Below the pieces are notes generated by a model. It did no database searches. It saw only the letters and a list, made by a program, of their open reading frames with translations, and was not told the origin of the DNA. Positions 9,145 through 18,995 of a DNA stretch of 64,000 bases are shown here, piece by piece (the first letter of the stretch is position 1; each line of letters starts with the position of its first letter). Both the position numbers and the translations under genes were made by a program. This DNA is from Spirochaetota bacterium (GTDB lineage Bacteria > Spirochaetota > UBA4802 > UBA5550), in contig CAXXHB010000003.1 of the NCBI GenBank assembly GCA_963664815.2, positions 1,728,001 to 1,792,000 of the forward strand. The letters run 5' to 3'.

Positions 9145-11928
9145 CTATGATCTCTTGATTAAAATAAAGAGCAGAATCGCTGTGACATATGTTGCGAAAC
9201 CGATCATAAGTGTATAATTCATGCCATAGGCTACGTTAAGAAATATCGTGAGAGAAGCCCCTACAGTTGAAAGTACACCGTTTACTCCGAACATCAGGGT
9301 TGCATACTCGTTGGATACATCCTGCTTAACCTGTTCCATGGCATGCGGGAAGGGTATCCCCATGAGGAATGCAAGAGGGAAGATAAGTCCTGATGCTATA
9401 AAGAGTTTTGAATGGAAACTGTACTTTGCAAACATCTGAAACACGTCACCGATAAAGAAAGACTGGAAAAGAATCAGCAGCGGAATAACACAGATACATG
9501 CAACAAGCGCCTTTTTGCTGAAGTTCCTGCTGAAGAAACTCCCGAGTCCGCTGAAGAAGAGAAGGCCTCCGAATATTACTATTGTTGAGTAAATGGGGGA
9601 GCCGATAAAATTCTGGTATTTCTGCATAAGTACTATTTCTATCAGCATAAACCCGAAGCCGAGAAGACCGAAGAATACAGTATGTCCCAGAAGTCTGAAT
9701 CTCTGTGATCCGTATTTGAACAACGCAAGCAGGAATACCGGCGCGAGCATTATACCGGCAATTTTAAGAATTATATCAAGAGGGTCGCGCACCTCTTTCT
9801 TGTTCTTATAAATATTGAACGGGTAGGGATTGTTGTCTCTTACTGGTGAAAGGTCGAGTTCGTATGGGAAGTTAACTTTGTTAAGAATTGCTTCAAGTCT
9901 TGTGTTGTCCTCCTCCTTCATGCTTTTTTTCTGGAGGTAATATTTATAATAGGTATTGCTGTATTTGTACAGTCCCTCTATGAATTTTCTGTCTTCAGGA
10001 TTGTCAATTTTAGCAAGGATGTCAGATGCATATTCTTTCTTTGATAACCCGTCGGGATAGTCTTTCAGATAGTATACAGGCGGATTGGCTCTGAAGTATT
10101 CTTCAAACTTATGCCCGGTTTTCATTCTTGGATGGAGGAATATTTCAGATCCGTACCTGGGTGCTATCACATTATGGTAACCGGCAAATGTTGAAAGTTC
10201 TCTGTCTGTGAATGGCGCTTTTTTAATTATAACAGTCTGGAACTGTTTCCATGAACCCCAGAAGTCCCATGAATAGATTATTATATGATCATTGGGATTT
10301 TTTATACCTATCTCCAGCATTGACTGCCTGAGTGTATTAAGGAATTTGTAGAAGGCAAACTTTGACCTTTTGGTTTCAAGAATCTCTTCGTATACAACCA
10401 TACCCTTGTCTGAAAGCTTCTTAAGCATCATCTTCGTTGCTTCAACCGTATGGAGGTATTCCGGCGCCAGTGTAGCTATTGCCGGGTACTCGTAGTGGAG
10501 ATTCATAAGGGTTATCATGTCGTATGTTTCATTGTTGCTTGAGAGAAAATATCTTCCCTCCGCATGGTAGGCGTCAAGATCCTTGTATGGGTAGTGTCCG
10601 AATTCGGAGAAATAACCCTCTTTGTTGTTTTCTGTCATGATATCCATGATAATAGGTGAAAACTCAACTCCACTGACCCGTGCTCCGGGAAGCTGCTTTG
10701 CGGATTTGACTATACCGTCGTATGAAAGACCTATTATAAAAACTTTCGGATTGTCTACATGCGGAACGCGTGGATCCCAGTAAGTTCCGTTCGATTTATC
10801 AACTGTATCAAGCGGAATGGCGTTTGTACAGAAAAAGATATTTTTATCATCAACAGCAAAGAGGTCAATTTTACCCATAAGGTCGTCGCCGGAATATACA
10901 AGTTTCCAGTTATGCAGTCTCATCTGCGTGGACCAGGTTTTTCTCTCATCAATCTGGTTCTTTGAGTCAATTTTTATATTGTAGTTTATATCAATTGTAT
11001 TGGTCAGACCGAGATCGGCAATACCGTATTTTTTAAGAATCGGATACTTTTCCGGATCAACTATGCGGGAATAACCTATATCATTGAGAATATACTTAGC
11101 CCTTTTCTTGTCATAGAGAGTTGTTCCTATGACGTATTTGTCGCCGGATAGAGTGAACTTTGAAAGCATAAAGTCCCTGTCGAACTTGCTTTTAATTGAG
11201 GGGATAATCTTCTGTTCAAATTCACTTTTTGTAAACTCGGCCGGGAGTTTAAGGTTTTCTTTTAGAACAAAGTGTACCCCGAGGATGAGGGGTATGGATA
11301 TTGCTGCCGCAATGATTTTAAGAAAAATGTTTCTGAATCCTATAACAAGTGTCAGGATAAAAACTGCCGGGATAAACATCAGTACTATGAGTGAATTCTC
11401 CGATTTAATTGAACTTACGCTTATAATCGGGAATATTACACCTGCTGCTGATGCTACAAGATTTGTGAAATATATTTTGTTTGAATTCCCTCTTGCAAAA
11501 AGGAGGGAGATTATAATAGATGCAAACAGAAACGGCAGAACAAGAAAATATGGATACTGATATTCCCCGATTCTTATTATGTTGTAATATGAAAGTGGAA
11601 TTGATGCAGTAAAGAGAAGAGCGGAGAGGAGCATAACTGCATATCCTTTGATACGTGACAGGTAAAAGCTGAAAAATCCCCCCGCTGCTATGCCGATCAT
11701 GGCGATTGAGATAACAAATGTAGCTGTTATATAATTTGTAATAATAAGGAGCTGGTGCATAAAAATTGTTTCGAGAGCCATAACCGAGAATGAGAAAAGA
11801 AACATGGCGATGTTATTTACTATGCTGTCTCTGAGGCTGTTATTTTCTGCTGCTGATACAGGTGTCACTTCCGGGCTGGAACCGGTTTCCGCCGCAGGCT
11901 TCGCTTTGTAGCTGAATTTTGTTTTCAT
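9145..11928 (-). CDS. Multi-pass membrane protein with central spermidine-synthase-like SAM-binding domain
   Basis: N-terminal TM block, KVFIIGL..G / GVEFSP / AEGRYFL / YDMI / EYLHTVEA, PVRDNNPYPF, C-terminal FFGLLGFGFMLIEIVLMQK...GIPFP...GVNGVLSTVG TM block; ATG at 11928 preferred over TTG at 11946. Confidence 0.8.
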   Translation of the reverse strand: MKTKFSYKAKPAAETGSSPEVTPVSAAENNSLRDSIVNNIAMFLFSFSVMALETIFMHQLLIITNYITATFVISIAMIGIAAGGFFSFYLSRIKGYAVMLLSALLFTASIPLSYYNIIRIGEYQYPYFLVLPFLFASIIISLLFARGNSNKIYFTNLVASAAGVIFPIISVSSIKSENSLIVLMFIPAVFILTLVIGFRNIFLKIIAAAISIPLILGVHFVLKENLKLPAEFTKSEFEQKIIPSIKSKFDRDFMLSKFTLSGDKYVIGTTLYDKKRAKYILNDIGYSRIVDPEKYPILKKYGIADLGLTNTIDINYNIKIDSKNQIDERKTWSTQMRLHNWKLVYSGDDLMGKIDLFAVDDKNIFFCTNAIPLDTVDKSNGTYWDPRVPHVDNPKVFIIGLSYDGIVKSAKQLPGARVSGVEFSPIIMDIMTENNKEGYFSEFGHYPYKDLDAYHAEGRYFLSSNNETYDMITLMNLHYEYPAIATLAPEYLHTVEATKMMLKKLSDKGMVVYEEILETKRSKFAFYKFLNTLRQSMLEIGIKNPNDHIIIYSWDFWGSWKQFQTVIIKKAPFTDRELSTFAGYHNVIAPRYGSEIFLHPRMKTGHKFEEYFRANPPVYYLKDYPDGLSKKEYASDILAKIDNPEDRKFIEGLYKYSNTYYKYYLQKKSMKEEDNTRLEAILNKVNFPYELDLSPVRDNNPYPFNIYKNKKEVRDPLDIILKIAGIMLAPVFLLALFKYGSQRFRLLGHTVFFGLLGFGFMLIEIVLMQKYQNFIGSPIYSTIVIFGGLLFFSGLGSFFSRNFSKKALVACICVIPLLILFQSFFIGDVFQMFAKYSFHSKLFIASGLIFPLAFLMGIPFPHAMEQVKQDVSNEYATLMFGVNGVLSTVGASLTIFLNVAYGMNYTLMIGFATYVTAILLFILIKRS

Positions 11929-12250
11929 AAAATAGGATTCTTCCAAGTAGTAAAGTAGTAAAACCGTGCAAAATATAAGTCACTATTCTCGAAGTCAATT
12001 CTATTCACAATAAAAAAACATATTTGATAATTAATTTTCCAGTATAATAAGTTAATAAAAATAGATGTAATACATTAAAATGTGAAGTTTTAATAATTTA
12101 ATATTAAAACCTGCAAGGTAAATTTCATGTATGGACTTCTTTACGAACCGGCCGGTATAAAAAAAGAAATAATTTCAGGAGTGATAAGACATGGAAATGC
12201 AGTAAAATCTGCTGAAAATGTTTTTTTAAACAAAGCTTTTCAATTTTCAA

Positions 12251-12279
12251 TTGACTTTACCCGGGAAAATTCATATATA
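12251..12279 (+). promoter_or_regulatory. Sigma70 promoter of liv operon
   Basis: TTGACT-17 bp-TATATA about 140 bp upstream of livJ. Confidence 0.5.
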
Positions 12280-12417
12280 AAATAGAAACTCAAAAAAGAG
12301 TCAGTTGCTGATGTAAGTGCTCTTGTTGGTTCAATGCGTAATAAGCAGATTATAGTGATTATGGCAGTACAGAATGTACTGATGTAATAATATAGAAAAA
12401 AATGTAAGGAGTAATGC

Positions 12418-13569
12418 ATGAAAAAGTTAATTCTTATGCTTACAGCATTTCTTGTTTTCGCTGTAATGGTAACAGGCTGTAAAAAGAAAGCGCCCGAGCT
12501 TTCTGAAGTATCTGTAATCAAGGTTGGTGTTTTTGAGCCTCTTACAGGCGCTAACGCAAGCGGCGGAGAACTTGAAGTCCGCGGTATGAAGCTTGCAAAT
12601 GAAATGTTCCCTACTGTACTCGGGAAAAAAATTGAACTCGTTATCGTTGATAACAAGAGCGATAAGGTTGAATCAGCCAATGCTGCTGAAAGGCTAGTTA
12701 ACAAAGATCAGGTAGCCGCAATTATCGGAAGCTGGGGAAGTTCACTTTCAATGGCTGCCGGACAGGTTACTAAGGGTAAAGTTCCTGTTGTGGCATGTTC
12801 GGCTACTAATCCCCTCGTAACAAAGGGTAATGGCTGGTATTTCAGGGTTTGTTTCCTCGATCCGTTCCAGGGTAAAGTTATGGCCAACTATGCTGTAAAT
12901 AAAGTAAAAGCCAAAACAGCCTGTGTTATTCAGGAGATATCCAACGACTACTCGGTTGGACTTGCAAAGTTTTTTACCGATTCATTCACTGAACTTACAA
13001 AAAACAACAAAGCTGTACTTGCAAAACCATTCAGTTATAATACAGGAGATAATGATTTTACCGCTCAGCTTACAGCTATTGCTCAGCTGAAACCTGATGT
13101 AATTTTTGCTCCAGGTAACTACACCGAGTCTGCTCTGATTATTAAACAGGCAAGAGACCAGGGAATCAAGATTCCTTTCCTTGGCGGAGATACATGGGAA
13201 ACCGGTCCGTTCCTTGAAGTCGGGAAGAAGGCAGTTGAGGGAGCTACTTTCTCAACATTCTTTACTACAGAAGTGCCTATTACAAAAATGTCTGAAAAAT
13301 TCCTGAAGGCATATAAAGAAAAATACAAAGATGATCCGGCAGCAGTAACAGCGCTTGGTTTTGACGCATATCTCGTGATTAAGGCTGCAATTGAAAAAGC
13401 TAATTCAATTGATCCGGAAAAAATCAAAAATGAAATTGCAAAAACCAAGGATTTTGAAGGTGCAGCAGGTATGATCACTCTTGATGAGAATGGAGATGCT
13501 GTTAAAGATGCGGTTATTAAAGTTGTTAAAGACGGCAAATTTAAATATCTAACAACCGTTAAACCATAA
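12418..13569 (+). CDS. livJ: Branched-chain amino acid ABC transporter substrate-binding lipoprotein
   Basis: Lipobox VTGC; IKVGVFEPLTG, DNKSDKVE, FRVCFLDPFQG, DFTAQL. Confidence 0.9.
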   Translation: MKKLILMLTAFLVFAVMVTGCKKKAPELSEVSVIKVGVFEPLTGANASGGELEVRGMKLANEMFPTVLGKKIELVIVDNKSDKVESANAAERLVNKDQVAAIIGSWGSSLSMAAGQVTKGKVPVVACSATNPLVTKGNGWYFRVCFLDPFQGKVMANYAVNKVKAKTACVIQEISNDYSVGLAKFFTDSFTELTKNNKAVLAKPFSYNTGDNDFTAQLTAIAQLKPDVIFAPGNYTESALIIKQARDQGIKIPFLGGDTWETGPFLEVGKKAVEGATFSTFFTTEVPITKMSEKFLKAYKEKYKDDPAAVTALGFDAYLVIKAAIEKANSIDPEKIKNEIAKTKDFEGAAGMITLDENGDAVKDAVIKVVKDGKFKYLTTVKP

Positions 13570-13633
13570 AACCTGCGGGTTATTTCAGAGGCTGAAGTCT
13601 CTGCACCCCGTTTAAAACAGCAGATACTGTTGT

Positions 13634-13684
13634 ATATGAATATAAAAAGAGGAAGCCAGCAGCTTCCTCTTTTTATATTCATAT
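13634..13684 (+). terminator. Long perfect hairpin/terminator after livJ
   Basis: ATATGAATATAAAAAGAGGAAGC-CAGCA-GCTTCCTCTTTTTATATTCATAT, 23-bp arms including a T-tract. Confidence 0.8.
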
Positions 13685-13830
13685 TTCATACAATTTTATT
13701 GTTTTAATCGGCAAATTAATATACAAGCCTGAATGGCGGGATGATCAATAATAATATTCTTGACATATATTTAACTGAAAGCGAAATTTTATCAGTTTAA
13801 TTTTTTATATTTGCTCAAATGGAGTTTCTC

Positions 13831-14724
13831 ATGACTTTTGAAATATTTCTTCAGCATCTCTCCAATGCAGTTTCTCTGGGAAGCCTTTATGCTTTAATTG
13901 CAATAGGTTATACAATGGTTTATGGTATTCTGAGACTTATTAATTTTGCGCATGGTGATATATTCATGCTTGGCGGATATTTTGCATTTTATGCATTGAC
14001 GATGTTTTTTATGCCATGGTGGGTGGGATTTATCGTGGCAATAGGTTTAACCGCAATGTTGGGTATGGCTATTGAAAAAATTGCATACAGACCTCTGAGG
14101 GATTCACCTAAAGTGTCTGTTCTGATATCCGCAATAGGAGTATCATTCCTGATAGAAAGTCTCGGAGTTGTTATTTTCGGAGGGATTCAGAAGGCTTTCC
14201 CCATACCTGAACTTTTTGGAAAAGTTATAACAATCGGGAATGTTTATATAGTAAGTGTTAACTTTTTTATACCTGTTATTGCGTTGATCTTTCTTGTGGG
14301 GCTTATGTACCTTATAAACAGAACAAAAACAGGTATGGCAATGAGGGCGCTTTCCCGTGATCATGAAACCGCCAGGCTGATGGCAATTGATGTTGATAAA
14401 ATTATATCATATACATTCGGACTCGGATCACTGCTTGCTGCTGTCGGCGGGATAATGTGGGGAATGAAATATCCTCAACTCTATCCTCTGATGGGTGTTA
14501 TGCCGGGACTTAAATGCTTTATAGCAGCGGTTGTCGGAGGTATTGGTAATATAACCGGAGCTGTATTCGGCGGACTGATAATCGGTATCCTTGAGATTAT
14601 GACAGTCGCCTTCCTTCCCGAGTTAACCGGTTATAGAGACGCATTTGCTTTTATTTTACTGATCGTTATACTCCTTGTTAAACCTACCGGTTTAATGGGG
14701 GAAAACCTCGCTGAGAAGGTTTAA
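13831..14724 (+). CDS. livH: Branched-chain amino acid ABC permease
   Basis: GSLYALIAIGYTMVYGILRLINFAHG, GMAMRA, AAVVGGIG, KPTGL. Confidence 0.92.
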   Translation: MTFEIFLQHLSNAVSLGSLYALIAIGYTMVYGILRLINFAHGDIFMLGGYFAFYALTMFFMPWWVGFIVAIGLTAMLGMAIEKIAYRPLRDSPKVSVLISAIGVSFLIESLGVVIFGGIQKAFPIPELFGKVITIGNVYIVSVNFFIPVIALIFLVGLMYLINRTKTGMAMRALSRDHETARLMAIDVDKIISYTFGLGSLLAAVGGIMWGMKYPQLYPLMGVMPGLKCFIAAVVGGIGNITGAVFGGLIIGILEIMTVAFLPELTGYRDAFAFILLIVILLVKPTGLMGENLAEKV

Positions 14725-14725
14725 G

Positions 14726-15784
14726 ATGGAAAGAGAAAAACTTATAAAAAAAATTCTTACTGTTACTGTGGCGTCTATAGCGATTGGTCTTCTTATATTA
14801 TTTAATTATAATTTTGATTCCTACATATTACGAATAGTCAATCTTTGTGGAATATATGTCACTCTGGCATTAAGTCTTAACCTTATATATGGATTTACGG
14901 GACTGTTTTCACTTGGACATGCAGGATTTATGGCAATTGGCGCATATACAACGGCGCTTTTAACAATGTCTCCGGCGCAGAAATCAATGAATTTCTTCCT
15001 TGAGCCCATAGTACCATGGCTCGCCAATGTGGAGTGGAGTTTTTTACCCGCGCTTATGATGGGTGGTCTTGTTGCGGCAGCTGCAGGTTTCCTTATAGGA
15101 GCGCCCGCATTAAAGCTTAAGGATGATTATCTTGCAATTGCTACGCTCGGTTTTGCGGAAATTATACGGATAATCTTTACAAACACACAGAGTCTGACAA
15201 ACGGTCCTCTGGGGCTAAAAGGTCTTCCACCATATACAAATATATGGTGGAGCTGGGGTATTGCATTTGTTTCAATTTTATTTATGATCAACTTATTTAA
15301 GGGGAGCTACGGGAGAGCATTTAAGGCAATCCGTGAAGATGAAGTCGCAGCGGAGGCTATGGGGATAAATCTCTTCAGGCATAAAATACTTTCATTCACA
15401 ATCGGGTCTTTCATGGCGGGTGTCGGCGGAGGCCTTCTCGGCAATCTTATGGGAACAATTGATCCTTTGATGTTCAGATTCCTTCTTGCGTATAATATTC
15501 TTCTTATTGTTGTATTGGGAGGTATGGGGAGTATAACAGGTACAGTTATATCAGGTATAGTTATTACAGTACTGATGGAGTATCTGCGTTTTCTCGATGG
15601 CCCAATAGATTTTCTGATTTTCAGGACAGACGGGATTCCCGGACTCCGTATGGTGATTTTTTCCATTATGCTGATGGTTGTTATTTTATTTTTCCAGAGG
15701 GGAATTATGGGGAACAAAGAATTTTCCTGGGATTTTCTTTTTAAACCGGGCAGGTTGAAAAAGAACAGTGTGGAAGGTGAATAA
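14726..15784 (+). CDS. livM: Branched-chain amino acid ABC permease
   Basis: GLFSLGHAGFMAIGAY, DYLAIATLGFAEI, GRAFKAIREDE, VLGGMGS. Confidence 0.92.
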   Translation: MEREKLIKKILTVTVASIAIGLLILFNYNFDSYILRIVNLCGIYVTLALSLNLIYGFTGLFSLGHAGFMAIGAYTTALLTMSPAQKSMNFFLEPIVPWLANVEWSFLPALMMGGLVAAAAGFLIGAPALKLKDDYLAIATLGFAEIIRIIFTNTQSLTNGPLGLKGLPPYTNIWWSWGIAFVSILFMINLFKGSYGRAFKAIREDEVAAEAMGINLFRHKILSFTIGSFMAGVGGGLLGNLMGTIDPLMFRFLLAYNILLIVVLGGMGSITGTVISGIVITVLMEYLRFLDGPIDFLIFRTDGIPGLRMVIFSIMLMVVILFFQRGIMGNKEFSWDFLFKPGRLKKNSVEGE

Positions 15785-15786
15785 TC

Positions 15787-16548
15787 ATGTATATTCTGCG
15801 AACTGACAATATAACAATGAAATTCGGCGGACTTGTTGCTGTTTCGAATCTGAATCTTGAAATCAAACAAAACGAAATAGTCGGTCTTATCGGCCCAAAC
15901 GGCGCAGGTAAAACAACAGCTTTTAATATGATAACAAGCCAGTACATCCCTACGGAAGGTTCGATTTACTTCAACAATGAAGATATAACAGATTCAAAAC
16001 CGCATGAAATAACCAGGCTCGGTATAGCGCGCACCTTCCAGAATATAAAATTGTTTAAAGAAATGACTGTTCTTGAAAATGTACTTGTGGGGAATCACCT
16101 GCGTGTAAGATCACCTCTGACGTTGTCTGTGCTCCGCTCACCCATGTACAGGCGTGAAGAGAAACATATGATTGAGAAATCGATGAATCTTCTGAGGGAT
16201 CTGGGATTAGAGAAGAGTATAAATGAAAAGGCTTATTCCCTGCCGTATGGTAAGCAGAGAAGGCTTGAAATTGCGAGAGCACTTGCCACCGATCCGAAAC
16301 TCCTTTTGCTTGATGAACCGGCAGCTGGAATGAATCCACATGAATCTATTGAACTGATGAACTTTATCCATGAAATAAGGGAAAAGTTCGATCTTACAAT
16401 TTTTCTTATTGAACATACTATGCAGGTTGTCATGGGCGTATGTGAAAGAATATATGTGCTTGATTACGGTGTTACAATAGCAGAGGGTAATCCTTATGAA
16501 ATACAGAATAATCCAAAAGTAATCGAAGCATATCTGGGGGTTAACTGA
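15787..16548 (+). CDS. livG: Branched-chain amino acid ABC ATP-binding protein
   Basis: GPNGAGKTT, GIARTFQN, LPYGKQRRLEIARAL, LLLDEPAAG, VIEAYLG. Confidence 0.93.
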   Translation: MYILRTDNITMKFGGLVAVSNLNLEIKQNEIVGLIGPNGAGKTTAFNMITSQYIPTEGSIYFNNEDITDSKPHEITRLGIARTFQNIKLFKEMTVLENVLVGNHLRVRSPLTLSVLRSPMYRREEKHMIEKSMNLLRDLGLEKSINEKAYSLPYGKQRRLEIARALATDPKLLLLDEPAAGMNPHESIELMNFIHEIREKFDLTIFLIEHTMQVVMGVCERIYVLDYGVTIAEGNPYEIQNNPKVIEAYLGVN

Positions 16549-17255
16549 TGTTAAAAATAAATGACCTGCATGTTAATTATGGAGGAATTAAGGCTCTCAA
16601 GGGAATTAATATAAATGTACCTGACGGTAAGATTATTACGCTTATCGGAGGGAATGGCGCCGGGAAGAGTACAACACTCCGTACATCGATAGGGCTTGTG
16701 AAGCCGGCAGGCGGAACAATTTTCTATAACGATCAGGATATTACCAGTATTAAGACAAAGGATATTGTAAGTAAAGGCCTTGTGCTTGTTCCTGAAGGGA
16801 GAAAGGTTTTTGCCAATTTAACAATTCATGAAAATCTGGTACTTGGTTCATATTCCAGGAAGGATAAATCTGAAATTGAAAAAGACAGGGAAAAGGTGCT
16901 TTATCTGTTTCCAAGACTTGGAGAAAGAATTAAACAGAAAGCCGGAACACTGTCCGGCGGTGAACAGCAGATGCTCGCAGTGGGAAGAGCTCTGATGACC
17001 AAACCAAAGCTCCTTATGATGGATGAACCGTCACTGGGTCTTGCACCTTTAATTGTAAAAAGTATTTTTGAAATAATTCAGAATATAAATAAACTTGGCG
17101 TCACTATACTCCTCATAGAACAGAACGCGAAAGCGGCGCTCGAGATTGCAGATTACGGATATGTAATGGAAACAGGAAATATTGTAATGGAGGGACCGGG
17201 TAAAGATCTCCTTAATGACGAGAATGTGAAGAAGGCGTATCTCGGAATCGCATAG
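16548..17255 (+). CDS. livF: Branched-chain amino acid ABC ATP-binding protein
   Basis: GGNGAGKST, VPEGRKVF, LSGGEQQMLA, DEPSLGLAP, EQNA. Confidence 0.93.
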   Translation: MLKINDLHVNYGGIKALKGININVPDGKIITLIGGNGAGKSTTLRTSIGLVKPAGGTIFYNDQDITSIKTKDIVSKGLVLVPEGRKVFANLTIHENLVLGSYSRKDKSEIEKDREKVLYLFPRLGERIKQKAGTLSGGEQQMLAVGRALMTKPKLLMMDEPSLGLAPLIVKSIFEIIQNINKLGVTILLIEQNAKAALEIADYGYVMETGNIVMEGPGKDLLNDENVKKAYLGIA

Positions 17256-17268
17256 ACAGGGATGTCCT

Positions 17269-18312
17269 ATGGGGAAAAACCAGCCTTCAATACTGATAAT
17301 TTATACCGGTGGTACAATAGGGATGATGCAGGATCCTTCAACAGGATCTTACATCCCTTTTAATTTCCAGAACATTATTGATGAAATACCTGAAATAAGG
17401 CGTTTTGGTTATAATTTATCTTCGGTCGAGTTTGAGAAACCGATAGATTCCTCGGACATCACACCATCAGCATGGATTAAACTCGCAGAAATCATTAAAG
17501 AAAACTATAAGCAGTATGATGGATTTGTTATTCTGCATGGGACAGATACAATGGCATTTACCGCTTCTGCTCTGAGCTTCATGATTGAAAATCTCTCAAA
17601 ACCGGTCATTCTTACGGGATCTCAGCTTCCGATAAATATCCTGCGTACTGACGGAAGGGAAAATCTTATATCATCAATTGAGATTGCAGCTGCAAAAATT
17701 AATGGGAGAGCTTCAGTGCCGGAGGTTTGTATTTATTTTGAATTCAGATTATACAGGGGTAACCGCACAAGAAAAAGGAGCGCTGAGAATTTCAAGGCAT
17801 TTGAGTCTCCAAACTATCCACCGCTTGCTGAAGCCGGGATTCATATGGTTTATAACCATACTGCAATAAAAAGGAAAAAAAATCAATACGGTGAACTGAA
17901 GCTGAATCTGAATATTGTCTCTAATATCGCGATACTTAAAATATTTCCCGGGATTCGCATGGAGACTGTCAGGGCGGTAATTAATATACCTGGTCTTAAA
18001 GCTGTAATTCTTGAAACCTACGGTTCCGGTAATGCCCCCGCAGATAACGGGTTTATTGAGATAATTTCCGGAGGGATTGAAAAGGGACTTGTGATTGTAA
18101 ATGTAACGCAGTGCAGCTCCGGGAGTGTCGAAATGGAGAGGTATAGTACCGGAAACAGTCTTAAAAAAGCAGGAGTTATCAGCGGAGCCGATATTACTAC
18201 AGAAGCTGCAGTAACAAAACTGATGATTATGCTGGGTAAGTATAAGAATATAAATAAAGTAAAGGAATCTTTCATTAAAAATATAGCGGGGGAGAAAACA
18301 TGTCACTCCTGA
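17269..18312 (+). CDS. ansA: L-asparaginase type I
   Basis: YTGGTIGM, DSSD, HGTDTMA, TGSQLP, ETYGSGN, DITTEAA. Confidence 0.93.
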   Translation: MGKNQPSILIIYTGGTIGMMQDPSTGSYIPFNFQNIIDEIPEIRRFGYNLSSVEFEKPIDSSDITPSAWIKLAEIIKENYKQYDGFVILHGTDTMAFTASALSFMIENLSKPVILTGSQLPINILRTDGRENLISSIEIAAAKINGRASVPEVCIYFEFRLYRGNRTRKRSAENFKAFESPNYPPLAEAGIHMVYNHTAIKRKKNQYGELKLNLNIVSNIAILKIFPGIRMETVRAVINIPGLKAVILETYGSGNAPADNGFIEIISGGIEKGLVIVNVTQCSSGSVEMERYSTGNSLKKAGVISGADITTEAAVTKLMIMLGKYKNINKVKESFIKNIAGEKTCHS

Positions 18313-18992
18313 AAATGTTTTATTACATCTTCTGACTGTTCAAATCTGCTGAGAAATTCAAGTGTTTTAATAGTCGGCATAACCAGCTTTATTTTATCTT
18401 TTCTGTAATCAATCAATGATTCTGCGGGAGTCATCCACATGAGATCTACAAGTTCATCACCATCGTGTGATGGTTCCTGGTTCTCCGGCGCTATTGCTGT
18501 GAAAAACCTTGTATCATATCTTATATTGGAAAACGGAGGAGTAATCCATCTGTTCATGTAAAAGCAGTTTCCTGCCGCGGGGCTGAGATTTTCCCTTTTA
18601 AGCATCTCTCCAAATGAAATTTTTTTAGTAAACACATCGCGACGGTAAGCATCAAATTTTTTAATAGATTGTTCTGTGCTGATTGCAGGATAATTACCTT
18701 CGTCATCCACAGCAAGAAGAAAACCTGATTCTTCGAATGTTTCCCTGATGCCGCAGATTAGGAAACTGATATATATATCAAGGCTGCCATCAAAATCCTT
18801 CAGATTGAGAGCAGGTTTTACACCGGTAATCCTGTAATCTAAATCCTGCTGATCAACTGCTCCTCCGGGGAATACAAGATAATCCGGAAGAAATCTGTCG
18901 TTGAGATGTCTCCGCATGAGAAGGACTTCCATTTTATCTGAATTATTTTTAACAATTGATATGGTAGAGGCTTTTCTTGGTGTATTAAACAT
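18303..18992 (-). CDS. NUDIX hydrolase (Nudt19-like)
   Basis: VFPGGAVD...IRETFEESG split Nudix box, RWITP, RYDTRFF, DGDE. Confidence 0.85.
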   Translation of the reverse strand: MFNTPRKASTISIVKNNSDKMEVLLMRRHLNDRFLPDYLVFPGGAVDQQDLDYRITGVKPALNLKDFDGSLDIYISFLICGIRETFEESGFLLAVDDEGNYPAISTEQSIKKFDAYRRDVFTKKISFGEMLKRENLSPAAGNCFYMNRWITPPFSNIRYDTRFFTAIAPENQEPSHDGDELVDLMWMTPAESLIDYRKDKIKLVMPTIKTLEFLSRFEQSEDVIKHFQE

Positions 18993-18995
18993 CTT

